Shown in pieces: positions 43,497 to 53,649 of a DNA stretch of 64,000 nt. Source of the stretch: Gemmatimonadaceae bacterium (GTDB taxonomy: Bacteria > Gemmatimonadota > Gemmatimonadetes > Gemmatimonadales > Gemmatimonadaceae); NCBI GenBank assembly GCA_025928335.1, contig JAICJQ010000004.1:6228-70227 (forward strand), written 5' to 3'. Under the pieces are notes generated by a model. It was not told the DNA's origin and searched no databases. It worked only from the letters and a program-made list of their open reading frames with translations. The translations under genes and the position numbers were made by a program. The first letter of the stretch is position 1. Each line of letters starts with the position of its first letter.

Positions 43497-45202
43497 CGCC
43501 GCCGACTCTTGGCCGCGCTTGTCGCCGCCGGCTGATCTTTCGGCTGCCGGTAGTTGACGTCGAGCGCGTCGAGGCGTTGCAGGTGGCGCGGAAGACGGTT
43601 CGAGAAGTCTTTAAAGTCGCGGCGGTCGCGAGCCGTCCAGAGGACTTCGGCGAGCGCGGCGGCGCGCGGGTATGCCATGTACTCGACGCTCTTCGGTCCG
43701 TCGAGGTATTCAGTCCAGACTTGAGCCTGCGCGCCGAGGATGTGTGACGCGAACTCCGGCTCGAGGCCAGCGGGAACGGGCTCGTAAGAGTACACCGTAT
43801 CGATCGGCAGGAAGCCGCCGATGGCGAGCGGTTCGGAGTCCGGCTTCGCCTGATAGTGATCGAAATAGGTATGGCTGCCCGGCGTCATGATGACGTCATG
43901 GTTCGCACGCGCCGCGGCGATGCCGCCCGCCGTTCCGCGCCACGACATCACAACGGCGTTCGGCGCGAGGCCGCCGTCGAGGATTTCGTCCCAACCGACG
44001 AGGCGCCGGCCATGGGCGGTGAGAAAAGCATCCATCTGCTTGATGAACCAGCTCTGGAGCTCGTCCTCGGCGCGATACGGATGCCGAGTATCTGCTGGGT
44101 CATCAGGCGTGATGCCGAGATCGCGGATCCTCGCTTGAGCCCGCGCGCTGGCCTTCCACTGCGGTTTCGCGGCCTCGTCTCCGCCGACGTGGATATACGG
44201 GCCCGGGAAGAGCGCCATCACCTCGGTGAGCACGTCCTGCATGAAGCGGACGGTCGTGTCCGACGGATTGAGGATGTAGTTGCTGACACCCCACATCGTC
44301 CACGGTTTGATCGTGTCGCCGAGGTTCCCGAGCGCGGGATAGGCGGCGATCGCCGCCTGAGAGTGGCCCGGCATCTCGATCTCGGGCACAATCGTGACGA
44401 ATCGGTCGGCCGCGTAGGCGACGATCTCACGGACGTCGTCCTGCGTGTAAAAGCCGCCGTGACGTCCTTTGTCGAAAGGGGCGTTGGTCGTGTCGCGAAC
44501 CTGATGCCCGACGATGGTGCTGTCGCGCCAGGCGCCGACTTCCGTGAGCCGCGGATACTTCTTGATCTCGAGTCGCCAACCCTGGTCATCGGTCAGATGC
44601 CAGTGGAAGGTGTTCATTTTGTGCAACGCCAGGAGGTCGATGTACTTCTTGACGAACTCCTTGGGCATGAAATGGCGCGCGACGTCGAGGTGCATGCCAC
44701 GCCATTGAAAGCGCGGTCGATCGAAAATCGACACGGCAGGTGCGCGCCAATCGGTGCTGTCGTAGGCGGCGGCGCGGAAGATCTGGGGCGGGAAGAGCTG
44801 CCGGAGCGTCTGCGTAGCGTAGAAGGCGCCCGCTGCCGCCGAGGAGGTGATTGTGACGACGCGTGTGGCAACGTCGAGACGATAGCCCTCCTTGCCGAAG
44901 GCCGTGTCGCGTTTCGCGGCACGACGGAACACGATCCGACTCCCGGCCGATGACGAGCCGACCGAAACGCGCGGCTGAAACCCGAGCGCGGGTGCGATGC
45001 TGCGCGCGAAGCGCACCGCGACGGCCGAGTCTCCACGGTCGGTCCAAATCACCGTCCGTGGCGTGAGCGTGAACCATCCAACGCGGACGGCGAGCGACTC
45101 AGGTCGGGGAATCACCGAAATACCGCCGGCGCTCTGCGCTCGCGCGGCGCCGACGGTTAATGAAAGCGCGGCGATCAACTGACAAACGCGGAAAGGCGTC
45201 AT
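43490..45202 (-). CDS. Glycoside hydrolase family 20 beta-N-acetylhexosaminidase, secreted
   Basis: HWHLTDDQGWRLEIKKYPRL and catalytic HVGGDEA (D-E pair). ATG 45202 gives the signal MTPFRVCQLIAALSLTVGAARAQ. Confidence 0.9.
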   Translation of the reverse strand: MTPFRVCQLIAALSLTVGAARAQSAGGISVIPRPESLAVRVGWFTLTPRTVIWTDRGDSAVAVRFARSIAPALGFQPRVSVGSSSAGSRIVFRRAAKRDTAFGKEGYRLDVATRVVTITSSAAAGAFYATQTLRQLFPPQIFRAAAYDSTDWRAPAVSIFDRPRFQWRGMHLDVARHFMPKEFVKKYIDLLALHKMNTFHWHLTDDQGWRLEIKKYPRLTEVGAWRDSTIVGHQVRDTTNAPFDKGRHGGFYTQDDVREIVAYAADRFVTIVPEIEMPGHSQAAIAAYPALGNLGDTIKPWTMWGVSNYILNPSDTTVRFMQDVLTEVMALFPGPYIHVGGDEAAKPQWKASARAQARIRDLGITPDDPADTRHPYRAEDELQSWFIKQMDAFLTAHGRRLVGWDEILDGGLAPNAVVMSWRGTAGGIAAARANHDVIMTPGSHTYFDHYQAKPDSEPLAIGGFLPIDTVYSYEPVPAGLEPEFASHILGAQAQVWTEYLDGPKSVEYMAYPRAAALAEVLWTARDRRDFKDFSNRLPRHLQRLDALDVNYRQPKDQPAATSAAKSRRRW

Positions 45203-45330
45203 CGTTCGCGGGTGCACAGTGGCGACAACATAAATGCGCGCCGACGGCCGCGACACCTCTTCAACGGGCGGAGGATTTACAGGGCGCATGGCTTCACACC
45301 ATGTTACGTCTTCTCACAGCAATCCTCCGA

Positions 45331-46176
45331 ATGAGCCAGGACCGACGTACTTTCCTCTCGAATCTCGGCATGGCAGCCGTCGCCGCTCGCTCGCCTCGGC
45401 TGCTCGGCGACTTACTCCGGCCGGGTGCCGCGAAGCTTCAGCGAATCGGCATGGAGCTCTACACCGTGCGGAGTCTGACGGCGAAGGATCTTGCGGGTAC
45501 GCTCGCTCAGCTCGCCAAGCTCGGGTACAAGGAAGTCGAGTTCGCCGGCTACCAAGGACACTCCGCGGCCGAGGTGCGAGCCATGCTCGACCAAAATGGC
45601 CTGACCGCGCCGTCGGCGCACGTCGATATCGTGAAGATCGAGACCGACGCCGACACGATGTTCAGCGATGCAAAGGTCGTCGGCCACAAGTGGATCACTG
45701 TGGCGTCGTTGCCTCGTGGTCAACGACAGACGGTCGACGACTGGAAGCAAGTCGCCGCTCGCTTCAACGCCGCCGGGAAAAAGGTGAAGGATGCAGGGTT
45801 CCGGCTCGCGTTCCACAATCACAACGACGTCTTTCGCAAAGCGGCGGACGAGCTGCCGATCGACATCCTGATGCGCGAGACGGATCCCGGGCTGGTGAGC
45901 TACCAGATGGACGTCTATTGGGTCGTGAATGGCGGCGGCAATCCGGTCGAGCTCCTTGGCAAGTATTCCGGTCGATTCAAGATGCTTCATCTCAAGGATT
46001 CGATGGGTCCGCCGGACCAGAAGATGGCCGACGTAGGGTCGGGCACGATCGACTTCAAAGCCGTTCTCTCACACGCGAAGGGAATCGAGAACTACTTCGT
46101 CGAGCGGGATGATCCGACGGATCCCATGGCGAGCGCGGCGGCGAGCTTCAAGTTTCTCTCACAGTTGGAATTTTGA
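45331..46176 (+). CDS. Tat-exported sugar phosphate isomerase/epimerase (xylose-isomerase-like TIM barrel)
   Basis: Twin-arginine signal MSQDRRTFLSNLGMAAVAA. GYKEVEFAGY, AFHNH and LHLKD blocks typical of the AP_endonuc_2 / XI-like TIM-barrel fold. Confidence 0.85.
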   Translation: MSQDRRTFLSNLGMAAVAARSPRLLGDLLRPGAAKLQRIGMELYTVRSLTAKDLAGTLAQLAKLGYKEVEFAGYQGHSAAEVRAMLDQNGLTAPSAHVDIVKIETDADTMFSDAKVVGHKWITVASLPRGQRQTVDDWKQVAARFNAAGKKVKDAGFRLAFHNHNDVFRKAADELPIDILMRETDPGLVSYQMDVYWVVNGGGNPVELLGKYSGRFKMLHLKDSMGPPDQKMADVGSGTIDFKAVLSHAKGIENYFVERDDPTDPMASAAASFKFLSQLEF

Positions 46177-46220
46177 CCATCGAAGGATTCGTCTACCTCC
46201 ATCGTCACGGGGAACGGACG

Positions 46221-46249
46221 GTAGATCCTTCGCTTCGCTCAGGATGACA
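46221..46249. repeat. Solo copy of the REP-like repeat (inverted orientation)
   Basis: GTAGATCCTTCGCTTCGCTCAGGATGACA. Its reverse complement shares CTGAGCGAAGCGAAGGA-N-CTAC (21 of 22 positions) with unit A at 35571-35592. Confidence 0.7.
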
Positions 46250-46253
46250 GCAG

Positions 46254-47933
46254 ATGCAGCGACCTGAATACGACGTGTGCATCATCGGCTCGGGCGCGGG
46301 CGGCGGAATGGCTGCCTACGTCTTGACCAAGGCCGGTGCCCGCGTCGTGATGTTGGAGGCTGGACCGCGCTGGTTCGCCTCGAAAGATTCGAAGATGCTC
46401 GTGCCGAACTACGCGACGCCGCATCGCGGTGCGGCGATCCACGGCCGGCCGTTCGGCGAGTTCGACGCGTGCGACGGCGGCTGGGAGATCGACGGCGAAC
46501 CGTATACGCGCGCCCCGGGCACACAATTCAGCTGGTGGCGCGCGCGGATGCTCGGTGGACGCACGAATCACTGGGGACGGATCTCGCTCCGCTTCGGCCC
46601 CGACGATTTCATGCGGAAGAGCCTGGACGGTCTGGGCGATGACTGGCCGATCACGTACGACGACGTGAAGCCGTACTACGACAGCGTCGATCGCTTCATT
46701 GGGCTGTACGGTTCCAATGAAGGGTTGAGAAACGCACCGGACGGCATCTTCATGCCGCCGCCGAAGCCGCGTTGCCACGAGCTGTTGGTGAAGAAGGCAT
46801 CGGACAAACTCAACATCACGTGCATCCCGGCGCGGCTCTCGATCATCACCAAACCGCTGCCGGGTCGCCAGGCGTGTCATTACTGCGGCCAGTGCAATCG
46901 CGGCTGTCAGGTGAAGGCGAATTTTTCGAGCGGCGACGTGTTGATCGCGCCGGCGCTGGCGACCGGGAAGCTCACACTCGTCACGAACGCGATGGCGCGC
47001 GAGATCACGGTCGGCAATGACGGTCTGGCGAACGGCGTATCGTACATCAACAAGACCACCGGAGAGGACGAAAACGTCCGGGCGAAGATCGTCGTCGTCG
47101 CGGCAAGCGCGATGGAAACCGCGCGGCTCCTGCTCAACTCCAAGTCGTCGCGATTCCCGAATGGGCTCGCCAACTCGAGCGGTATCGTCGGTAAGTATCT
47201 CACGGACACGACCGGTGCCGGTGTATCCGGACATATTCCGGCGCTCGAGGATCACATCCCGCACAACCATGACGGCGTCGGCGGGATGCACGTGTACATG
47301 CCGTGGTGGCTCGACAACAAGAAGCTCGACTTCCCGCGCGGCTACCACATCGAAGTGTACGGCGGCGCGGGAATGCCCGGCTCCGGTTTCGGCGGTGGAA
47401 TTCAACGCCGCAACGGCGGCGGCTACGGCAAGCAGCTCAAGGCGGATTACCGGAAGTACTACGGCGCGTCGATCGGCTTCGACGGGCGTGGTGAGATGAT
47501 CCCGAACGAGAACTCGTACTGCGAAGTGGATCCGACGGTGGTCGACAAGTTCGGCATCCCGGTGCTCCGCTTCCACTGGAAGTTCACCGACTACGAGTAC
47601 AATCAGGCGAAGCACATGCAGGAGACCTTCCGATCGCTGATCGTGGCGATGGGCGGAACGCCGAGCTCGCCGATGCCGACCAAGGAACAGAACTACGGTC
47701 TCGCCGCGGGCGGGACGATCATCCACGAGCTGGGCGGCGCGCGCATGGGCGCCGACCCCACGACGTCGGTGGTGAACGGGAACTGTCAGGCCCACGACGT
47801 GAAGAATCTCTTCGTCGCCGATGGTAGTCCGTTCGTTTCGCAAGCCGACAAGAACCCGACGTGGACGATCCTCGCGCTGAGTTGGCGGACGAGCGATTTC
47901 ATCGCGAAGCAGAAACAGGCGGGGGCGATATGA
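46254..47933 (+). CDS. GMC-family FAD-dependent oxidoreductase (flavoprotein subunit of a gluconate-2-dehydrogenase-like / glycoside 3-oxidase-like enzyme)
   Basis: YDVCIIGSGAGGGMAAYVLTKAG ADP-binding motif. C-terminal HELGGARMG and NLFVADGSPF GMC signatures. Confidence 0.9.
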   Translation: MQRPEYDVCIIGSGAGGGMAAYVLTKAGARVVMLEAGPRWFASKDSKMLVPNYATPHRGAAIHGRPFGEFDACDGGWEIDGEPYTRAPGTQFSWWRARMLGGRTNHWGRISLRFGPDDFMRKSLDGLGDDWPITYDDVKPYYDSVDRFIGLYGSNEGLRNAPDGIFMPPPKPRCHELLVKKASDKLNITCIPARLSIITKPLPGRQACHYCGQCNRGCQVKANFSSGDVLIAPALATGKLTLVTNAMAREITVGNDGLANGVSYINKTTGEDENVRAKIVVVAASAMETARLLLNSKSSRFPNGLANSSGIVGKYLTDTTGAGVSGHIPALEDHIPHNHDGVGGMHVYMPWWLDNKKLDFPRGYHIEVYGGAGMPGSGFGGGIQRRNGGGYGKQLKADYRKYYGASIGFDGRGEMIPNENSYCEVDPTVVDKFGIPVLRFHWKFTDYEYNQAKHMQETFRSLIVAMGGTPSSPMPTKEQNYGLAAGGTIIHELGGARMGADPTTSVVNGNCQAHDVKNLFVADGSPFVSQADKNPTWTILALSWRTSDFIAKQKQAGAI

Positions 47934-48676
47934 GCGATCTGGGGGACGGGCATGGGGCGACGGGCGAGGAACCGCCGGCGCCGGGCGACGGGCGGCAGGC
48001 GACGGGTGAAAAGGCTGCGACCGGAATTACTCGACGTCGGGCGTTGCAAGTACTCGGCGCAGTGCCGGTCGCGGCGGCGCTCGGTCAGGTGCCGGCGCAG
48101 CAACCCAAACCGCTGACGCCGGCCGTTACTTCGCAAGTTCCATCAGGGCCTGCCGCGACGGTCGCGGCCCCCGCAGCCCCGAAGTTTTTCAACACGCATG
48201 AGCGGCGGACGTTGCATGTGCTCGTCGACTATATCATTCCGCGCGACGAACACTCTGGCAGCGCCACGGACGCAAAGGTACCGGAGTACATCGAGTTTCT
48301 CCTCGCCGAGAAGGATGCAAATCCGACGACGCAGGTGGCGATGCAGGGCGGCCTCGCATGGATCGACGCCGAGGCTCTGAAGCGGTTCAGCAAGACGTTT
48401 GTCAATGCGTCCGACGTGCAGCGGCGAGAAATTCTCGACGACATTGCATATCCCGCGAAGGCGAAGCCCGAGATGAGCCACGGCGTCTCGTTCTTCAACC
48501 GCCTTCGCGACATGACGGCATCGGGTTTCTTTTCCAGCGCGATGGGTTGGCAGGATCTGCAGTACAAAGGAAACGTGTTCAACCCCGGCTATGACGGATG
48601 TCCGCCCGCGGCGCTCGAGAAACTCGGTGTGAGCTACGACGTGATGCAAACCAGGATCAGCCCACAGGAGCGATGA
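47930..48676 (+). CDS. Gluconate 2-dehydrogenase subunit 3-family small subunit with twin-arginine signal
   Basis: ATGA overlap with the GMC stop. Tat motif ITRRRALQVLGAVPVAAALG. Family-like block FFNTHERRTLHVLVDYIIPRDEHSGSATDAKVPEYIEFLL. Confidence 0.75.
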   Translation: MSDLGDGHGATGEEPPAPGDGRQATGEKAATGITRRRALQVLGAVPVAAALGQVPAQQPKPLTPAVTSQVPSGPAATVAAPAAPKFFNTHERRTLHVLVDYIIPRDEHSGSATDAKVPEYIEFLLAEKDANPTTQVAMQGGLAWIDAEALKRFSKTFVNASDVQRREILDDIAYPAKAKPEMSHGVSFFNRLRDMTASGFFSSAMGWQDLQYKGNVFNPGYDGCPPAALEKLGVSYDVMQTRISPQER

Positions 48677-49941
48677 GCGCGAAGAACGGAAAGCATTCGT
48701 CGCGACTTGGCGTCGCGTTCGTCGGGAGCGGCTTCAACGCCCGCTTTCATCTCCAGGCTTTTCGCGCCGTGCGCGACGCCGACGTCCTCGGCGTCTGGAG
48801 TCCAAACAAGAAGAATGCCTCGTCCGCCGCGCAGCTCGCGCGCGACATCGACGTCGGCGCGGCGAAGCCGTACGCGTCGATCGCCGAAATGGTCGCCGAT
48901 CCCGCGATCGACGCGATCTGGTTGACCGGACCGAATCACGCGCGCATCGAAAACGTCGAAGAGATCGTTCACGCGATCGAGAGTGGAAAGGGCAGTCTCG
49001 TCGGCATCGCGTGTGAAAAACCTCTCGCCCGGAACGTCGCCGAGGCAAAGAAGGCGAGGGATCTCGTCGCGCGAGTTGGATTGGCGACGGGCTACTTGGA
49101 GAATCAGGTCTTCTCACCGCAGGTGGAAACGGGACGCGAGCTGCTCTGGGCGCGAGGCGCCGCGACGACCGGGCGGCCGTATCTCGCGCGAGCGGCGGAA
49201 GAGCACAGCGGGCCGCACATGCCGTGGTTCTGGCGCGGCGCGCTGCAGGGCGGCGGCGTGTTGAACGACATGATGTGTCACTCGGCGCTGGTCGTGCGAC
49301 ACTTGCTCACGAAGCCGGGGCAGCCGCTGTCGACGGTACGCCCCGCGAGAGTGACGGCACACATCGCAAGTCTCAAGTGGACGCGTCCAGACTACGTCAA
49401 ACGGCTCGCGAAGACGTACGGAAAAGAAGTGGACTACACGCAGGCGCCTGCGGAGGACTTCGCGAGCACGACGATCGAGTTCGAGACGGACGACGGGTAC
49501 ACCGTGATCGGTGAAGCGTCCACGTCGTGGAGCTTCGTCGGCGCGGGTCTGCGGTTGTCGGCGGAGCTGTTGGGCCCCGAGTACTCGATGTCGTGGAACA
49601 CGCTCGACAGTGGTCTCAAGCTGTTCTTCTCGCGCGAGGTGCGAGGCAGGGCGGGCGAAGACCTCGTCGAGAAGCAGAACGCCGAAACGGGACTGATGCC
49701 GGTCGTGGCGAACGAGGCCGCGGCGTACGGATATGAGGCCGAGGACCGCCACTTCGTTCGCGTGTTCCTCGGCAAGGAGCAACCCAAACTGACGTTCGAC
49801 GACGGTCTCGAGGTTGTGAAGATGCTCATGACGGCATATATGAGCGCCGAGCAGGGGAAGACCCTCGAGTTTCCGCCGCGCGGGCTCGAGAAGTTCGTCC
49901 CTGCTGTGGCGCGCGGTGATTGGAAGCCGGGGTCGAAATAA
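48673..49941 (+). CDS. Gfo/Idh/MocA-family NAD(P)-dependent oxidoreductase (no signal peptide)
   Basis: ATGA overlap with the upstream stop. Rossmann start LGVAFVGSGFNARFHLQAF. EKPLARN motif. Confidence 0.85.
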   Translation: MSAKNGKHSSRLGVAFVGSGFNARFHLQAFRAVRDADVLGVWSPNKKNASSAAQLARDIDVGAAKPYASIAEMVADPAIDAIWLTGPNHARIENVEEIVHAIESGKGSLVGIACEKPLARNVAEAKKARDLVARVGLATGYLENQVFSPQVETGRELLWARGAATTGRPYLARAAEEHSGPHMPWFWRGALQGGGVLNDMMCHSALVVRHLLTKPGQPLSTVRPARVTAHIASLKWTRPDYVKRLAKTYGKEVDYTQAPAEDFASTTIEFETDDGYTVIGEASTSWSFVGAGLRLSAELLGPEYSMSWNTLDSGLKLFFSREVRGRAGEDLVEKQNAETGLMPVVANEAAAYGYEAEDRHFVRVFLGKEQPKLTFDDGLEVVKMLMTAYMSAEQGKTLEFPPRGLEKFVPAVARGDWKPGSK

Positions 49942-50105
49942 TTTGGTCCGATCAGGGTCAGACCCCGATTGGGTCGCGGGACCGCGAAAATAGCGTCGAC
50001 CCACGCCGGCGGACCTTACGGCATGGCGGCAAATCGTGCATTACTAAAGGCTGAGACAGCCCTTCGAACGATCCCCCCGATGTACCCACGGAACAGGGCC
50101 AGGAC

Positions 50106-51716
50106 ATGACCAAACAGGACGCTAACTCCATCACCCGCCGAGACTTCGTGTCCGACGCGGGCAAAGTCGCGCTGGGCGCGCTCGTCGCGCCGCACATCCC
50201 GATGATCGTGCCGCGCCACGTACTCGGCGGGGTGGGATATCAGGCGCCGAGCGACACGGTGAACTTCGCGGTGATCGGTTTCGGCGGACAGGGCTCCGTG
50301 AACGGGGCGGCCCTCGCCGGCACTGAGCAACTCGTCGCTGTCTGCGACGTCGATCAGGCCTTCGCACACAAGAAGATGGAAGAACACCTCCGGCCGCGGC
50401 GCGACAACACCGTCAGCCCCGAAGCGCAGCGATTGCAGGCACAATATGAGAAGGCGGCGAAGTACACCGATTTCCGCGAGATGCTGCAGAAGGAAAAGGG
50501 TATCGACGGAGTCGTCGTCGCGACGCCCGATCATGTACACGCCGTGGCGGCGAAGGCGGCGATGGATCTGGGCAAGCATGTCTACGTGCAGAAGCCGCTC
50601 ACTTGGTCCGTGCACGAGGCGCGCGTGCTGCGCCAGACGGCGCTCGCCAACAAGAAGCTCGTCACCCAGATGGGCAATCAGGGCCACTCCACCGACGGCG
50701 CGCGCCTGATCAACGAGTGGATCGCGGCGGGCGTGATCGGTCCGGTGCACGAGGTGCATGTATGGACCAATCGTCCGGCGGGCTACTGGCCGCAGTTCGT
50801 GCCGCGCCCAGGCGCGACGGTCGCGATGCCGGCACCGGGCACGCTCAACGGATTCAGCTCGGCGTGGGGACAGAACATCGTGAACGGCACGCTGGCGCGC
50901 GCGATGGAGTCAGGTGAAGTGGCGCCGCCGCCTGATCTGCGCTGGGATCTCTATCTCGGTCCCGTGGCTGAGGACATTCCGTATCATCCGATTTACCACC
51001 CGTTCAACTGGCGCGGTTGGCTCGACTTCGGCATGGGCGCGCTCGGCGACATGGGGGCACACCTGATCGACCACCCGTTCTGGGCGCTGGGCCTGACGTA
51101 TCCGACGAGCATCGAAGCGACGTCCTCGCCGTTCGGCACGATGACGATTCCAGGCGATCCGAACGCGCCGGAAGGGTCGCCGGCGCGTCGCAACAAGAGC
51201 AAACCCGTTTCGTATCCGCTCGCGTCCACGGTGCACTACCAGTTTGCGGCGCGCGGCAATCAGCCGCCGGTGAAGCTGACCTGGTGCGACGGAGGCCTCT
51301 TTCCGCCGCGTCCCGACGTGCTGCCTGATACCGGGCCGGACGCCGTGCTCAAGTCCGAGGGCGGCGTGATCTTCATCGGCGAAAAAGGGATTCTCATCAA
51401 CGACACCTACGGCGCGAATCCGCGTGTGTATCCGGAGTCGTTGCAGCAGGCGGCGAATCAGGTGCCGAAGTCGATGCCGCGCATCACCTGGAGCCACGAA
51501 GAGAATTGGGCGAAGGCGATCAAGGGCCAAGCGACGGCGAGCTCGCCGATCGAATACGCGGCACAACTGACGGAGACGATGCTGCTCGGCGTCGTCGCGC
51601 TGCGCGCGGGACAGGGAAAGAAAGTGCTCTACAACGGCGAGAAGATGGAGATCACCAACGCGCCGGAGGCGAACCAGTTTCTCACCCGGGAGTACCGGTC
51701 AGGATGGGCCATCTGA
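50106..51716 (+). CDS. Tat-exported Gfo/Idh/MocA-family oxidoreductase
   Basis: Twin-arginine signal [33 protein letters not shown] Rossmann motif. VATPDHVHA...VYVQKPL block. Confidence 0.85.
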   Translation: MTKQDANSITRRDFVSDAGKVALGALVAPHIPMIVPRHVLGGVGYQAPSDTVNFAVIGFGGQGSVNGAALAGTEQLVAVCDVDQAFAHKKMEEHLRPRRDNTVSPEAQRLQAQYEKAAKYTDFREMLQKEKGIDGVVVATPDHVHAVAAKAAMDLGKHVYVQKPLTWSVHEARVLRQTALANKKLVTQMGNQGHSTDGARLINEWIAAGVIGPVHEVHVWTNRPAGYWPQFVPRPGATVAMPAPGTLNGFSSAWGQNIVNGTLARAMESGEVAPPPDLRWDLYLGPVAEDIPYHPIYHPFNWRGWLDFGMGALGDMGAHLIDHPFWALGLTYPTSIEATSSPFGTMTIPGDPNAPEGSPARRNKSKPVSYPLASTVHYQFAARGNQPPVKLTWCDGGLFPPRPDVLPDTGPDAVLKSEGGVIFIGEKGILINDTYGANPRVYPESLQQAANQVPKSMPRITWSHEENWAKAIKGQATASSPIEYAAQLTETMLLGVVALRAGQGKKVLYNGEKMEITNAPEANQFLTREYRSGWAI

Positions 51717-52408
51717 TGCGCAGCCGCCTCGTTATTGCCGCGCTGTCGCTCGCGGCTTGTCATCCCGGTGGAGTGAGAGCGCCCGTGCGTACGGCAGCGA
51801 CGATTGCGCAGACACCGAATCAATGGCGGTCGTTGGCCGCGGCCGCGAATTGGCGCGGATACTCCGCGGACTCGATCCCGAGCGGTTGGACGTTCGCTGA
51901 CGGGACGATCAGCAAGACGCGCGGGGTACGAGACATCATGACGCGCGACGAGTTCGGCAACTTCGAGCTCGAGCTCGAGTGGAAAATCGGCAAAGCGGGC
52001 AACAGCGGGCTCTTTTACCGCGCGACGACCGAGTACGATCACATCTACTGGAGCGGGCCCGAGTATCAGCTGTTGGATGACGTCAACGGCGAAGACAACA
52101 AGACACCCCTCACGCGGGCGGGCGCCGCCTACGGGCTCTACCCCGCACCCGACGGGCACTCCAGCCCATTCGGGGAATGGAATCGCGCGCGCATCGTGGT
52201 CAACGGCAACCACGTAGAGCACTGGCTGAACGACTTCAAACTTGTCGAATACGAGCTCAATAGTCCGGACTGGAAAGCCAAGGTGGCCGCCAGCAAGTTC
52301 AAGGACTGGCCGCACTACGGTCTCGCCAAGAAAGGCCACATCGGCATCCAGGGCGATCACCCGGGCACGCTCGAGATCCGCAACATCCGCATCCGGGAGC
52401 TGCCATGA
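51716..52408 (+). CDS. DUF1080 / 3-keto-disaccharide hydrolase-family protein (concanavalin-like fold), lipoprotein
   Basis: TGATG overlap with the upstream stop. Signal/lipobox [11 protein letters not shown]. Family blocks [39 protein letters not shown] and [23 protein letters not shown]. Confidence 0.85.
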   Translation: MRSRLVIAALSLAACHPGGVRAPVRTAATIAQTPNQWRSLAAAANWRGYSADSIPSGWTFADGTISKTRGVRDIMTRDEFGNFELELEWKIGKAGNSGLFYRATTEYDHIYWSGPEYQLLDDVNGEDNKTPLTRAGAAYGLYPAPDGHSSPFGEWNRARIVVNGNHVEHWLNDFKLVEYELNSPDWKAKVAASKFKDWPHYGLAKKGHIGIQGDHPGTLEIRNIRIRELP

Positions 52409-53646
52409 GCGCCGTCCGTACGCGGCTGTCGGCGATGATGTTCCTGCAGTATTTCGTATGGGGCGTCTGGTTCGTGACGATGGGCACGTACCTCGGACAA
52501 ACGCGGCATTTCACCGATCAGCAGATCGGCGCCGCGTACGGCGCGATGGCGATCGCGGCGATCGTGAGCCCATTCTTCATGGGCATCGTCGCCGATCGTT
52601 TCTTCGCGAGTGAAAAGCTGCTCGCGCTGCTGCACGTCGTCGGCGGCGTTGTAATGTGGTTCGTGTCGACGCAGGAGAGCTGGAGCACGTTCTATCCGCT
52701 GCTCCTCATTTACGCACTCCTCTTCATGCCGACGTTGTCGCTCACGAACTCGATCTCCTTCCACAACGTGCAGGATCCGGCGCGCGATTTCCCGATCATC
52801 CGCGTACTCGGCACGATCGGCTGGATCGTGGCGGGGATCATCGTCGGGAAAGTGTTGCACGCGGATGCGTTGGCGACGCCGATGCGTATCGCGGCGGCGG
52901 CATCCGTCCTTCTCGGGCTGTATTCCCTCGCGCTTCCGCACACGCCGCCGAAGGCCGCAGGCCAGCCGTTCAGCGCACGCGACGCGCTCGGGCTCGATGC
53001 GCTCAGCCTGCTGCGCAACCGCGACTTCGCGATCTTCGTGCTCGGATCCTTCCTGCTCTGCATCCCGCTTCAGTTCTACTACACGTTTACGAATCTCTTC
53101 CTGAACGAGATCAAGGCACCGGAGCCGGCGTTCATCCAAACGTTCGGCCAGATGTCCGAGATCTTCTTCATGCTGATGCTGCCGATCGCGCTGCGCCGGT
53201 TCGGCATCAAGGTGATCATGCTCGTCGGCATGCTCGCCTGGTCGCTGCGGTATTTCGCGTTCGGAAACGGCAACATCGGTTCAGGGATGTGGATGCTGTA
53301 CGCCGGCATCCTGCTCCACGGCGTCTGCTACGACTTCTTCTTCGTCAGCGGGCAGATCTACACCGACCAGCGCGCCGGCGAGAAAATTCGCGCGGCGGCG
53401 CAGGGATTCATCAACTTCGTCACGAATGGCGTCGGCTATCTCGTCGGCGCCGCGGTGTCGGGGCGGGTCGTGAATCAGTATGCGACGGTCAACGGCTCGT
53501 CGGTGACGCACGACTGGCATGCGATCTGGATGGTACCGGCCGCGGGAGCTTTCGTGGTGTTCGTGCTGTTCGCGCTGTTGTTCCGACCGAGAGCAGAGCG
53601 TGAGCCGGCGAGTATCGAGCCGACTGGCGCGGGAGCCCCCGCGTAG
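52405..53646 (+). CDS. MFS transporter of the nucleoside:H+ symporter (NHS/NupG-like) family
   Basis: ATGA overlap with the upstream stop. N-terminus [24 protein letters not shown] parallels the NupG/XapB N-terminus. About 12 predicted TM helices. Confidence 0.85.
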   Translation: MSAVRTRLSAMMFLQYFVWGVWFVTMGTYLGQTRHFTDQQIGAAYGAMAIAAIVSPFFMGIVADRFFASEKLLALLHVVGGVVMWFVSTQESWSTFYPLLLIYALLFMPTLSLTNSISFHNVQDPARDFPIIRVLGTIGWIVAGIIVGKVLHADALATPMRIAAAASVLLGLYSLALPHTPPKAAGQPFSARDALGLDALSLLRNRDFAIFVLGSFLLCIPLQFYYTFTNLFLNEIKAPEPAFIQTFGQMSEIFFMLMLPIALRRFGIKVIMLVGMLAWSLRYFAFGNGNIGSGMWMLYAGILLHGVCYDFFFVSGQIYTDQRAGEKIRAAAQGFINFVTNGVGYLVGAAVSGRVVNQYATVNGSSVTHDWHAIWMVPAAGAFVVFVLFALLFRPRAEREPASIEPTGAGAPA

Positions 53647-53649
53647 GAT

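Noticed and set aside
45234-46112. 292-aa + strand ORF in a second frame of the isomerase locus
   Set aside because: It is Arg-rich. The other + frame has a Tat signal and TIM-barrel blocks.
46239-47843. 534-aa - strand ORF
   Set aside because: It is antisense to the GMC oxidoreductase, which has a GxGxxG ADP-binding motif and C-terminal GMC signatures. The composition is Arg/His/Val-rich and motif-free.
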